Source: a bacterium
Lineage (GTDB): Bacteria > Krumholzibacteriota > Krumholzibacteriia > G020349025
Direction of reading: 5' to 3'
DNA length: 64,000 nt
NCBI GenBank assembly: GCA_031362565.1
Contig: JANLSU010000039.1
Coordinates: forward strand, 163,229 to 227,228
Part shown: positions 1-9,287 of the stretch, in pieces
Numbering within the stretch: position 1 is the first letter of the stretch
Layout: every line of letters begins with the position of its first letter
Program-made: the position numbers and the translations under genes
The notes under the pieces: generated by a model
The model's input: the letters and a program-made list of their open reading frames with translations, nothing else
Told to the model about the DNA's origin: nothing
Database searches by the model: none

Positions 1-1114
1 CGTTGAGTGGCCCGAGGAGCAGTTCGCCGAGCGGTGCCAGGTCACCCCCCAAAACGACCAGCGCCGGGTTCATGAGGTTCAACATGCCGGCCACCGCGAT
101 CCCCAAGTACTCCGCCGCTTCCCGCACGATGCGCACCGCCATGGGATCGCCGGCGAGCGCCGCGTCCTCGATCGCAGCGACGGTCGGCGGGCTGCCGGCA
201 AGCGCACTGTGGGGGTATTCGGCGAGCAGCCTGCTGGCGCGTTCCACGAGTGCGGCCTGGCCAACGAGGGTGCCGAGACAACCGCGCAGGCCGCACATGC
301 ACGGCGAACCGTGTGGGTCGATGGGTAGGTGCCCGATCTCTCCGGCGACACCGGTCGCACCGCGATAGATATTGCCGTCAATGACATGGCCCGAACCCAC
401 GCCTGTCGCAACTTTGATGTAGGCGAAATGATCGACACCCCGTCCCGCCCCCCACCAATGCTCGGCGAGAGCGCCCAAATTCGCGTCGTTGTCCACGAGC
501 ACCGGGACGCCATAACGCCGGCTCAGGACTTCGAACCCGTGGCGCCCGTGCCAGTCAGGAAGCACCAATTCCGAGAGCCGTTCGGGATGGCGAGGATCCA
601 TTGGGCATGGAACCGCGACCCCGATGCCCACCAGCCGGCGAACGCCACGTCGCCACGCCTTGATACCGGCATCGCAGAGCTCGAGGATCAGTGCCCGAGC
701 ACCGTCCGGGTCGGTGCGCACCGGGTGGCGGCGTTCGTCCCAAGCAAGCACGTGACCACGCAAATCGGTCAGCGCGACCGCCACGTGCGCCGCGCCCATT
801 TCAACTCCCAGGATTCCGCACGCCTGGTCCTGAAACTGCAGCACCACCGGGCGGCGTCCACCGGTCGACGCCTCGGTTCCGACCTCGGCGATGAGTCCGG
901 TGCGGAGCAGTTCCACCACGATTTCCGAAACAGTCGAGCGCGCCAGCTCGGTCCGGCGGGCAATCTCGGCGCGCGAGATCTCACGCTCGCGCCAGATGAG
1001 CCGCAGCAACGAGTCGATGAGTGGGCGCGGGCGCACTGCCGTAACGCGCCGCGCACCGTTTGTCACCGCGGCTGCCTTCGTCAATCGCCCATCGCTTCGT
1101 ACCGGCACGTCCAC
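1..1114 (-). CDS. ROK-family transcriptional regulator (XylR/NagC-like), 3' end runs off the window
   Basis: Not in the ORF track because no stop lies in the window. Translated by hand antisense to ORF 329..1141: N-terminal wHTH (ISRAEIARRTELARSTVSEIV..GGRRP), VDNDANLGALAE and Zn motif GEIGH..PCMCGLRGCL. GTG start at 1114 inferred. Confidence 0.9.
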   Translation of the reverse strand, partial: MDVPVRSDGRLTKAAAVTNGARRVTAVRPRPLIDSLLRLIWREREISRAEIARRTELARSTVSEIVVELLRTGLIAEVGTEASTGGRRPVVLQFQDQACGILGVEMGAAHVAVALTDLRGHVLAWDERRHPVRTDPDGARALILELCDAGIKAWRRGVRRLVGIGVAVPCPMDPRHPERLSELVLPDWHGRHGFEVLSRRYGVPVLVDNDANLGALAEHWWGAGRGVDHFAYIKVATGVGSGHVIDGNIYRGATGVAGEIGHLPIDPHGSPCMCGLRGCLGTLVGQAALVERASRLLAEYPHSALAGSPPTVAAIEDAALAGDPMAVRIVREAAEYLGIAVAGMLNLMNPALVVLGGDLAPLGELLLGPLN

Positions 1115-1125
1115 CCCCGCGGCCC

Positions 1126-2544
1126 TTACTTGTGGAAGTAGAGGTTGTCGATATACTCGGTCTTCAGGCCGCTGCCCGAGAGAAAAAGCTGTGCGAGATG
1201 AGCCCGGTTGGTAAGAGCGGGGGGGGGAGTAATCGTCGCAAAGTCCGCCAACGGGATCTCGAGTCCAACCCATGCACCATGCACCAAGGGCGGAGTGGAA
1301 GTCGCGTTGAACGTGAGTTCGCCTTCCGTGTCATCCCCACCGCTGAATTGGCCGTTGGCGCCGAAATCGACGAGCTTCACCTTGAACTCCGAGCCTTCTC
1401 CGACCCAGACATCGAGATGGAAGTGCGTCATCTGCGTCGCATCGATGGGCTGTGAAACGAACTCGATCGCGGCGAAGCCGCGATGCGTATACAGCTTCAC
1501 GTCGTTGCCGGCGATTTGCGTATCGGTAACGTCGGCGTAGTCCCAATCCGGGGACCAGGTGTCGACCGGCACGTTGGTGTAGGCGTTGCTGAACAATGAG
1601 ATGACGTTTGCCGCAAGAACCGTCGGCGTCGGCGCTGCCGTGGCGGGAGGAGCGGTGATGTTCAGAGTGATCGCCCCGTTCACGGGGACGGTTTCGAGCT
1701 TGGCCGTGATGGTGGCTGTGCCGCCAGCAACGGCCTGGACCACGCCGTCGACGACCGTCGCCACACTCGCATTCGACGACTCGAACGTGAAGTATGCCGG
1801 CGAGTGGGCCACCGTCTGATCGGTACCGTCGACGTTGAAGATTACCCGCGCGCTATCGATGGTCACCGGCGTACCTACGAAAGTACTCACGGTCTTCGAG
1901 GCCATAAATGGCCGCGGATCGGTGATCGTGGCGACCGTTTCGAACTTGACCTCGTCGAAATACAGGTCATACCCCAAGCCATTCTCCGGCCCTTCGGAGA
2001 AGAAGAACAGGCCTTTTTCGGAGGTCAGCTTCGTCGCCGATGGAATGGGCACCACGTACTTCGTCCAAGTCGTGGAGAGGGGGAGGTCGCCCGACTTGGC
2101 GAGGTATGTCGTTGTGGCGAGGTATGCCGGGGCGGGGCCGATGTCGATTCCAATCCCGGCCTCGCTGAGCGTCGGATGCGCGCTCCGCTGCTGGCCGATC
2201 TTGGCCCAGAAGGTCAGGGCGTTGTACCCCGAGAGATCGCGGGCCAGAGTCGTCGTGAAGGTACCGCCGGCATAACTCGCATCGGGATTGCCCGGATTGG
2301 GGACGGTGACCTTGAGCGATGCTGTACCGAGGTACTTTTCCGTGGTCTCGAGGGCCACGGCGTCGTAGTTCGAACCGAGAAAAGCCTGGAAGGTCGCGTA
2401 GTTACCAAAGTTATCGTCGAACACAATCGGGTCGTTGTTCGGAGGTGCGGGCGCCAACGTGTCGGTCTCCCGGCCGCAACCGGTGGTTGCGAGAACCGCG
2501 ATACTCGCGGTCGCGACCAGTAGGAACGCGATTCTCAGTCGCAT
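1126..2544 (-). CDS. Lipoprotein with carbohydrate-binding-like domains and a Big_2 Ig domain (type seen in GH16/beta-glucan loci)
   Basis: Signal peptide and lipobox MRLRIAFLL..LATTGC; DLSGYNALTFWAK; FESSNASVATV..GTATITA (Big_2); VISLFSNAYTNVPVDTW and MTHFHLDVW. Start trimmed to ATG 2544. Confidence 0.75.
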   Translation of the reverse strand: MRLRIAFLLVATASIAVLATTGCGRETDTLAPAPPNNDPIVFDDNFGNYATFQAFLGSNYDAVALETTEKYLGTASLKVTVPNPGNPDASYAGGTFTTTLARDLSGYNALTFWAKIGQQRSAHPTLSEAGIGIDIGPAPAYLATTTYLAKSGDLPLSTTWTKYVVPIPSATKLTSEKGLFFFSEGPENGLGYDLYFDEVKFETVATITDPRPFMASKTVSTFVGTPVTIDSARVIFNVDGTDQTVAHSPAYFTFESSNASVATVVDGVVQAVAGGTATITAKLETVPVNGAITLNITAPPATAAPTPTVLAANVISLFSNAYTNVPVDTWSPDWDYADVTDTQIAGNDVKLYTHRGFAAIEFVSQPIDATQMTHFHLDVWVGEGSEFKVKLVDFGANGQFSGGDDTEGELTFNATSTPPLVHGAWVGLEIPLADFATITPPPALTNRAHLAQLFLSGSGLKTEYIDNLYFHK

Positions 2545-2619
2545 GTGTCGTCTCCGGGTTTGGCCCGGGGTTCCGAACCCCAGACCCCTCGACGCATGGT
2601 ACAACACCACGCGTCCGAC

Positions 2620-2644
2620 TCTTTGTTCGGATCTCGAACAAAGA
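2620..2644. promoter_or_regulatory. Probable ROK-regulator operator, perfect palindrome
   Basis: TCTTTGTTCG-GATCT-CGAACAAAGA: 10-bp arms, 5-bp spacer, upstream of the lipoprotein-ROK operon. Confidence 0.75.
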
Positions 2645-2670
2645 ATGGACGGCCCGGCTGGGCCTGTCAA
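2642..2670 (-). promoter_or_regulatory. Sigma70-type promoter for the lipoprotein/ROK operon
   Basis: Minus strand TTGACA (2670-2665), N17, CATTCT (2647-2642); the -10 overlaps the palindrome. Confidence 0.6.
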
Positions 2671-2951
2671 GCGCCCCGGGAATTCAGGCCCAATCAGCCC
2701 GCGCGTCGCCCCCGCCGGGCGCTGGCAAGGGGGGGCGCGGCGCAAGGCGGCGACTCGGAATTCGGCCTGCTACCGGGCGTCTGCCACAGAACCCTCGGCG
2801 GACAAAGGGGTCCGTTATGATTCTTCGCTTGAGCGATTGCCAGCCGTTTCCATATGATCCGTATTGCTACCCGAGCAGCCGCGCCTGGATCCTGAAGCAG
2901 AGTTTCCTTGATTCGGTCGTTCTTACCCAAAGACAACGAGGAGAGACTGCG

Positions 2952-3434
2952 ATGAAGAAGTGTTTACTAATTCTCGCAACCGTCGCGTTGGCAGTGATCC
3001 CGACCGCCGCGTTCGCGACGTTTTCGGTCATTCAGGATTCGTGTCGGAGCGCCGGTAATACCGTGACCACGTATTTCTCGGTCGTGAACTTCAATTCGCC
3101 CGTGCCGGTTTGTGACCTGCACTTCCAGCCCGAGAACCCGGTCCCCGGATGCATCATGATCGCGTGCGGAGCACCGGCCGGATGGGGCTGTAGCTTCATT
3201 CCGGTCACCGGTGGCGTTTCATGGGAAGCGCTGTTCCCCGGCCCGGACTGCATCGTCGCGGGTTCTCGGAAGGGCGGCTTCAGCTTCACGTTGGATCCGG
3301 ACTTCTGCTGTTACGTGGTCAGCTTCACGGGCCCGCAGCACGAGATACTCGGCGAACAGGAAGAATGCTTCACCTGCGTGCACGTCGGCGTGCAGAACAA
3401 GACTTGGAGCGACGTCAAGAGGCTCTACAACTAA
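2952..3434 (+). CDS. Small secreted Cys-rich protein with C-terminal TWSDVKRLY motif
   Basis: RBS GAGGAG; signal peptide MKKCLLILATVALAVIPTAAFA; 10 Cys in the mature part; ends VGVQNKTWSDVKRLYN. Confidence 0.8.
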   Translation: MKKCLLILATVALAVIPTAAFATFSVIQDSCRSAGNTVTTYFSVVNFNSPVPVCDLHFQPENPVPGCIMIACGAPAGWGCSFIPVTGGVSWEALFPGPDCIVAGSRKGGFSFTLDPDFCCYVVSFTGPQHEILGEQEECFTCVHVGVQNKTWSDVKRLYN

Positions 3435-3464
3435 CCCAAGGAAATTCTCCTTGGCGTGAGATCG

Positions 3465-3499
3465 CGGCGCCAGGCTGGTCCCGGCGCCGGGTCGTTTTT
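3465..3499 (+). terminator. Probable intrinsic terminator
   Basis: CGGCGCC..GGCGCCG stem followed by TTTTT (3495-3499). A second hairpin CCAAGGA-AATTC-TCCTTGG lies at 3436-3454. Confidence 0.5.
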
Positions 3500-3923
3500 G
3501 CGGCGCAGCGCCTGTGCCACGGTGCTGTCGGGGCGTTGCTTCCGAGTTGGCTTCTAGGGCGCCTTGCTCACGCAGCCGGTCGCGATCTCGGCAATGCCGC
3601 CTGCTCCGACCCGGCTTGGGTCAGGAATCCCCGACCCGCGACGACGCGATCCCCGCCGGAACCCGCGGACTGCACGGAGTTTCAGCCGCGGCGCCATCCG
3701 CGGGGTCGCGAACCCAGGTGACCACGTCCCATTCGTCGACCTGCCGTCCCACGCAGGCCGCCGCGCGACCTCGATTCGCTCCCCAAACCGATCGCCGAAC
3801 CTCGCGAGGCATGCCGGCATCGGAGCCGCGGAATACCTCGCCAGGGAGTCGGCGGGGATCTAGAATTGAGGGTCCGGGTGAGTCCGCAACGTGCCGTGGA
3901 ACGCGCCGCGGCGAGGAGTCCAC

Positions 3924-4130
3924 ATGATGCGTCGGCCCGAGTTGGTCGCACTGTTCGAGGCCGAACTCGCCCGCCGCGAGCCCCTCGACCACCGTCGCAA
4001 TCTGGCTGTGTTCGAAGCCCTATTCCGCGAGGCGCGCGCGCTCGGCGTGCTTCCCGGAATCGATTTACTGGAAGGCCTCGATGTCGACATCCGCCTGGCG
4101 CGAGCGCTGAATGTTCGAATCCCTTCTTGA
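3924..4130 (+). CDS. Small helical hypothetical protein, probable partner/antitoxin of the downstream nucleotidyltransferase
   Basis: GAGGAG RBS before ATG 3924; 68 aa; overlaps the next gene by 20 nt. Confidence 0.6.
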   Translation: MMRRPELVALFEAELARREPLDHRRNLAVFEALFREARALGVLPGIDLLEGLDVDIRLARALNVRIPS

Positions 4131-4665
4131 GCGTATCGCAACGGCGCTCGATGCGGCAGCGATTCCCTACATGGTGATCGGCGGGCAGGCCGTTCTCGTG
4201 CACGGCGAGCCGCGCCTCACCCGGGATATCGATATTACTCTGGGAATCGACATCGATCGGTTGGAGCAGGTGCTTGCGGTGGCCGCCGGGCTTGGATTCA
4301 CCCCACTCGTGGATCCGGACAAGTTCACTCGCGAGACACTGGTATTGCCGTGCCAAGACGCGGTCACGACGATTCGGATCGATTTCATCTTCTCGTTTTC
4401 GTCCTACGAGCGCCAGGCGATTGGCCGCGCCTGCCGGGTGCGAATGGGCGGGGCGGATGTTCGCTTCGCGTCCGTCGAGGACCTGATCGTGCACAAGATC
4501 CTGGCGGGGCGCCCGCGGGATCTTGAAGACGTGCGCTCCGTTCTAAACAAGAACCCGGCGGCCGACCGTGCGTTCGTTCGTAGAACCCTGGCCGAGTTCG
4601 CTTCTGCGGTCGGAGAGCCGCTCGTGGCGCGATTTGACGGCATCGTGGGAACTCCCGAGTCCTGA
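4111..4665 (+). CDS. Pol-beta-fold nucleotidyltransferase (DUF6036/AbiEii-like)
   Basis: YMVIGGQAV..PRLTRDIDI (GG..DxD) and K.LAGRPRDLED. Confidence 0.8.
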   Translation: MFESLLERIATALDAAAIPYMVIGGQAVLVHGEPRLTRDIDITLGIDIDRLEQVLAVAAGLGFTPLVDPDKFTRETLVLPCQDAVTTIRIDFIFSFSSYERQAIGRACRVRMGGADVRFASVEDLIVHKILAGRPRDLEDVRSVLNKNPAADRAFVRRTLAEFASAVGEPLVARFDGIVGTPES

Positions 4666-4741
4666 GCGCCCTGGTTCATGGACAGCAAGGGGCGCGCCTC
4701 GCGAAGCGCGAGCCCATTGACCGAGCTCGAGAACCGCGCGG

Positions 4742-6078
4742 TCAGTCGGTGATGCGGGTGACCGTGAGGTGAGCGTGCGCGTCGACCGCGGCGCGCGCCG
4801 CGCTCGCGCCGGCGCCGCCCGAGCTCAGCTGGTGGCGGTGGACCGCCCACCACTGCGCGGCTCGGGCGTTCGTCCAGCGGCCGGCTGCGGCGCAAGCGCG
4901 AAGACGCTCGCGTAGCTCGTGCGCCGAGGCCGGGCGATCCTCCGGGCGCTTGGCGAGTCAGGCGAGGAACACGGCCTCGAGATCCGGCGACACGGGCGCG
5001 CCAAGCCGGGTGGATGGAAGATCGGGTACCGAATGCAGGTGATGACCGAACTTCTCGACGATCGAGTTGCCGCCGAAGACGTGCGTGCCGGTCAGCAGCC
5101 AGTACCCGACCGCGCCGAGCGCGTAGAGATCCGCTCGCGCGTCCACCTTGTCCGGTGCGGTCACCGTCTCGGGCGCCATATAGAGCGGCGTCCCGGTGAT
5201 CGTGTCGGCCACGGGTGAGTGCGGGCTCGGACGCCGCCTTGACGCCGACGTCCTTCACCAGTCCGAAGTCGACCACCTTCACCAGGTCGGCGATGCCGCC
5301 ACGATCGACGACCAGGATGTTGCCGGGCTTGATGTCGCGATGAATGAGCCCGGCGTCGTGCGCCTCGGCGAGCGATCCCGCAGCTTGTTCCAAGAGGTGG
5401 ATGACGCGCTCCTCCGGCTGCGGACCATCGACCTCGACGATCTCCTGGAGCGAGGCACCTTCCAGAAGCTCCATGGCGTAGTAGAAGACACCGTCTGTCG
5501 TGCGCCCGTAGTCGAAGACGGTCACGGTGTTGGGATGAGTGAGCATCGCGGTCCGCCGGACCTCGCGCTCGAAGCGGATCAGCGCGTCATTTCCGGCCCG
5601 GTCGGGCAAGAGCAGCTTGATGGCAGTGGGCCGGCGCAGCATCGCGTGCGAGGCGCGATAGACCACTCCCATCCCGCCTTCGCCGAGCTTCTCCTCGAGC
5701 GTGTACTGCCCGAGCCGCCGGATGTCGCTCACCGCCTTGCGCAGGCCATAGATCGTCTGCGAAAAGCCGGCCGCCATGGCCACCGCGATCCCCCACCAGA
5801 CGGCGCTGACAATCGTCGCCGGGTAGGCCATGTCGCCCACCCGGCCCTTGGGCCAGATGGCCGCGAGCGGATCATAGAGCGCGGGATCCCACGCCCGGTA
5901 TGCGACGAAGATGCAGCCGAGCAGCGGCACCGTCATCAGCGCGGCGACCAGCAGCGTGCGGCGCGCCGTGGACGGTACATAGACCGCATACACCAACAGC
6001 ATGAACGTCAGTGCGCTTCGCACCACATTGTGCGGTTCCGCGGTCAGGGGCATGACCAGCGCCATGCTCGAGAAGGCG
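4742..6078 (-). pseudogene. Membrane-anchored Hanks-type Ser/Thr kinase pseudogene (5' truncated, frameshifted, internal stop)
   Basis: GEGGMGVVY, AIK, HRDIKPGN and DFG in one frame; a +1 C at 5213-5215 moves [18 protein letters not shown] to another frame; TGA at 4958-4960 in 'FLA*LAKRPEDRP'; natural stop at 4742. Confidence 0.85.
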
Positions 6079-6720
6079 CGCACCATCCCGGCCGCATCGC
6101 GCGTCTTCCATCGCCACCGGCTGGACTTCTGCTGCGGCGGTAATCGCAGCCTGGCAGATGTCTGCGCAGACAAGTCTATCGCCCCGCAGGACCTCATCGC
6201 TGAAATCGAAGCGGAAAAGCCGGCGGACGCGCCGGATGTGCGTTGGGACCTGCAGTCCCCTGAAGCACTCGTCGAGCACATCCTGAAGGTGTATCACGAG
6301 CCGCTGCGGCCCGAGCTCGATCGCCTGTTGCAGATGGCGCGCAAGGTCGAACGCGTGCATGGCGACAAGGCCACGTGTCCCCGTGGTCTCGCCGCGCATC
6401 TCGCCGCGATGCAGGTCGCGGTCGACGAGCACCTCGAGAAGGAAGAGAAGATCCTCTTCCCGATGATTCTCGCCGGCCAGCGCGGCATCGTCTCCATGCC
6501 CATCCAAGTCATGGTGCAGGAACACGACGACCACGGCGCGAGCTTGCGCCGAACGCGCCAACTCACCGACGACCTGCATATTCCTAGCGAAGCTTGCACG
6601 ACGTGGCATGCGCTGTATGTCGGGCTCGAACGGTTCGAACAAGACCTCATGGATCACATTCACCTGGAAAACAACGTGCTGTTTCCCATGGTGCTGAACG
6701 AGTCAACCAGCAGGGTGTGA
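6052..6720 (+). CDS. ytfE: Iron-sulfur cluster repair di-iron protein (Ric/YtfE), N-terminus atypical
   Basis: DFCCGG, EHI..YHE, EHLEKEEKILFP, EHDDHG, ACTTW..LY, HIHLENNVLFP. Start uncertain (6052 or 6064). Confidence 0.88.
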   Translation: MTSAMLEKARTIPAASRVFHRHRLDFCCGGNRSLADVCADKSIAPQDLIAEIEAEKPADAPDVRWDLQSPEALVEHILKVYHEPLRPELDRLLQMARKVERVHGDKATCPRGLAAHLAAMQVAVDEHLEKEEKILFPMILAGQRGIVSMPIQVMVQEHDDHGASLRRTRQLTDDLHIPSEACTTWHALYVGLERFEQDLMDHIHLENNVLFPMVLNESTSRV

Positions 6721-7145
6721 GATCGATCGATCTGCTCCTTGCCGGTCGGTGAGCCGCCTGGAGCGAAACCGCCGGTCGTGCCGCGCATCCCCCGCGCCGC
6801 GCGGCCAGCGCAATCATTCGGGAACAGCCGACCCAGTAAGTCCGATGAATCTATTCCGCGGTCAGTGAATCTCTCCACAGTCTGTTAGTGCGTGCATGTA
6901 CGCCCAGCGCGGGTTTGCGGCACGCTTTGTGTTGACGCTTGTTTGTCGCCGGTGTAAGAGTACGAACTTGTCACAGCAATTCGGAGCGGCGTGCATTGCG
7001 GCACCGTTCGCATCTGGCGTCGTGCCCGACGGGATGGATCCCTGCGATGGTGGGTAGCCTTGTGTTTTCCCAAGTTCGTTGCCAGCTCGATCGCCCGTCG
7101 CGCGCAGCACTCGGGCCGTCGGCGCGTGTATTCGCTCGACGATTT

Positions 7146-7577
7146 TCAGGCTTCAACAACGTGCCGTGGCCGGCACCGGATCATTGAAGGAGAACATCCG
7201 GCGAAATGCTCTGTCGATGCCATGGCATCGGCTTTGGTCATGTGTACCGTGCCCATTGCGTGCTCCGGCGGTGCATACAGCGTATAGAGCTTCATCGGCT
7301 TGCTGTCGGTGTTCTTGATGTTGTGCCGTGCACCGGCGGGAACGACGACGGCGAAGTCGCTCGAGATCTTCGTCTTGTGGCCGTCGATCCAGACCTCGCC
7401 CTTGCCCGTCTCGATTCTGAAGAACTGGTCACGGTCGGGATGGACCTCCTCGCCAATCTCCTCGCCCGGGGGGATCGCCATGACCACGAGTTGCATCTGC
7501 TTGCCGGTGTACAGCACTCGCCGGAAGTCCGAATTGTCCTCAGTGCTTTTTTCGATGTTGTCCACGAACCCTCTCAT
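7146..7577 (-). CDS. Cupin-domain protein
   Basis: FRRVLYTG..QLVVM.IPPGEEIGEEVH..DQFFRIE..VPAGARHNI..KLYTLYAPPEH; GGAGA RBS. Confidence 0.88.
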   Translation of the reverse strand: MRGFVDNIEKSTEDNSDFRRVLYTGKQMQLVVMAIPPGEEIGEEVHPDRDQFFRIETGKGEVWIDGHKTKISSDFAVVVPAGARHNIKNTDSKPMKLYTLYAPPEHAMGTVHMTKADAMASTEHFAGCSPSMIRCRPRHVVEA

Positions 7578-7726
7578 GACCGTCTCCTCTCCCTTCAAGC
7601 GGTTGGACCCCTTGCTCTGGGAACGTGCGGTTCGCAACGGATGCGATCAATCACCCCCAGGCGTGTCCCCTGATGGTCGGCGGCGTGGACCGCTCGGTAT
7701 TGCGATGGGGCCGCGCTGAGCCGAGA

Positions 7727-8200
7727 TCAGGCGCGAACCCCCATCGTCAGCGGTACCACCCGGGGCTCGACAATCCGCCGAAAATCGCCGCACTGCATCC
7801 GAATCAGCTCGTGATGCGTCCCGGCGTTGAAGGTGATTTCACGGCTGTCACAGAGATGGTCGTCGAGGTACACCGGCATGCCGTAGAGGTTGCCGAACGG
7901 CGGCATGGCACCGGCTTCGCACTCCGGGAAATGGGCCGCGAAATCGGTCTCGTTCGCGAGCTCCGCTCGCTGCGCTCCGGTCACTTCCCGCACCAAAGAG
8001 AGATCGACCTTTACCGACGCCGGCACGACGGCGAGCGCCAACCGTCCATCCAGTTTCACGACCACCGACTTCGCGAAGTCCTTGCCACGCACATGCGCCG
8101 CCGCGGCGATTTCTTGGGCGGTGAACGCCGGCGAGTGAATGACCGTGACGTACTTGACGCCCTGATCGTTCAGGAATTGCTTGATTCGCCTGGTGGGCAT
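7727..8200 (-). CDS. YbaK/EbsC aminoacyl-tRNA deacylase family protein
   Basis: H..AFTAQEIA, AKSVVV, FPECEAGAMPPFGNLYG, FNAGTH. Confidence 0.9.
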   Translation of the reverse strand: MPTRRIKQFLNDQGVKYVTVIHSPAFTAQEIAAAAHVRGKDFAKSVVVKLDGRLALAVVPASVKVDLSLVREVTGAQRAELANETDFAAHFPECEAGAMPPFGNLYGMPVYLDDHLCDSREITFNAGTHHELIRMQCGDFRRIVEPRVVPLTMGVRA

Positions 8201-8344
8201 GACAGCCCCCTTTTCTCGGCAGGGGAGCGTCCGGCCGCGGGCGCGGGCCTGCTTCCCTACCCCGCTCGAAGATCGGCACGGGACGCGCGACGGGGAAGAG
8301 GCAAAATCACGCCACCAATATCAACTTCGGAGTCCGCATGACAG

Positions 8345-9199
8345 TTAGCGGGCGTGGCCGAGGTAGAAGCCGAGGACGCCGAGGAGCATGTCGATCTTGA
8401 GGATCCAGTTGACCCGCAACAGGTTGTTGGGGCTCGAGTCGCGGAACATGAGCAACGCGGCAACGATGAGCAGCGGAATGACGCCGAAGGCGTACACGAA
8501 GAGATAGCGCGAGCCGTAGAGTTGCAACATGTAGGGCCACGGTACCGCGACCGCGAACAGCATGAAGAAACCCAACGCCACAGTGAGCGCGCGGCGGGCG
8601 CCCCACTCGTGGGCCAACGTGGTCGCACCGCAGGCGCCGTCCCCGGACAGGTCTTCCACATCCTTGACGATTTCGCGGCCCATGATGAACAGAAAGGCCA
8701 ACCCGGCGGGCACGACCGCCGCAGCGGGCCGGCCGGCGAGCCAGGCGCCGAGGCCGAAACCCGAGCTCGAGACCGCGCTCACCATGAGATTGCCCTGCAG
8801 AAACCGGGTTTTGAGGCGGGCGCTGTAGACGAACAGGCATGCCGACCACAGAACGACGGCAATCAACACGCGCGGATCCGCGGCGAGCCCGACGCCGAGG
8901 GCGAACACGGTGAGCACCCAGTAATAGCGCCACGATTCATCGCGCGTCATCCGCCCGGACGGAATCGGCCGCCGCGGCTTGTTGATGCGGTCGATGTCGG
9001 CATCGAAGTAGTCGTTCACGACGTTGCCCGCTGCGGCCACCAGGGTGCCGGCGAGAGTCGCGAGCCCGATGCGCAGCACGGGAACCGCGCCGCCGGCGAC
9101 GGCCGAGCCCACGAGAATGGTCAACGCGGCGACCGCCAAGTTGTGGGGCCGCGTGATCTCGACGCGATTCCATAGAAAACGCACAGCGCGCGGGCTCAT
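8345..9199 (-). CDS. UbiA-family prenyltransferase, DGGGP-synthase-like subfamily
   Basis: TRPHNL, NDYFDADIDRINKPRRPIPSG, REIVKDVEDLSGD; about 8 hydrophobic segments. Start 9199 or 9208. Confidence 0.85.
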   Translation of the reverse strand: MSPRAVRFLWNRVEITRPHNLAVAALTILVGSAVAGGAVPVLRIGLATLAGTLVAAAGNVVNDYFDADIDRINKPRRPIPSGRMTRDESWRYYWVLTVFALGVGLAADPRVLIAVVLWSACLFVYSARLKTRFLQGNLMVSAVSSSGFGLGAWLAGRPAAAVVPAGLAFLFIMGREIVKDVEDLSGDGACGATTLAHEWGARRALTVALGFFMLFAVAVPWPYMLQLYGSRYLFVYAFGVIPLLIVAALLMFRDSSPNNLLRVNWILKIDMLLGVLGFYLGHAR

Positions 9200-9287
9200 G
9201 GCGGGCATCGTATCAGAAGGCGGGTCGAAACGCGCGCCGTCAGTTCGTGCGCTGGCAAGGGTGTGCTGAGGGCCGGCACGCGAGCGG

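Noticed and set aside
329..1141. 270-aa plus-strand ORF
   Set aside because: In-frame antisense shadow of the ROK regulator; no motifs of its own.
3500..3900. Short ORFs and GC hairpins in the gap before the NTase pair
   Set aside because: No RBS-supported ORF, domain motif or recognisable RNA family.
4958..4960. In-frame TGA at a Cys position as possible selenocysteine or recoding
   Set aside because: The same gene also has a frameshift and a 5' truncation, the Cys is non-catalytic, and TGA is a normal stop for many genes here.
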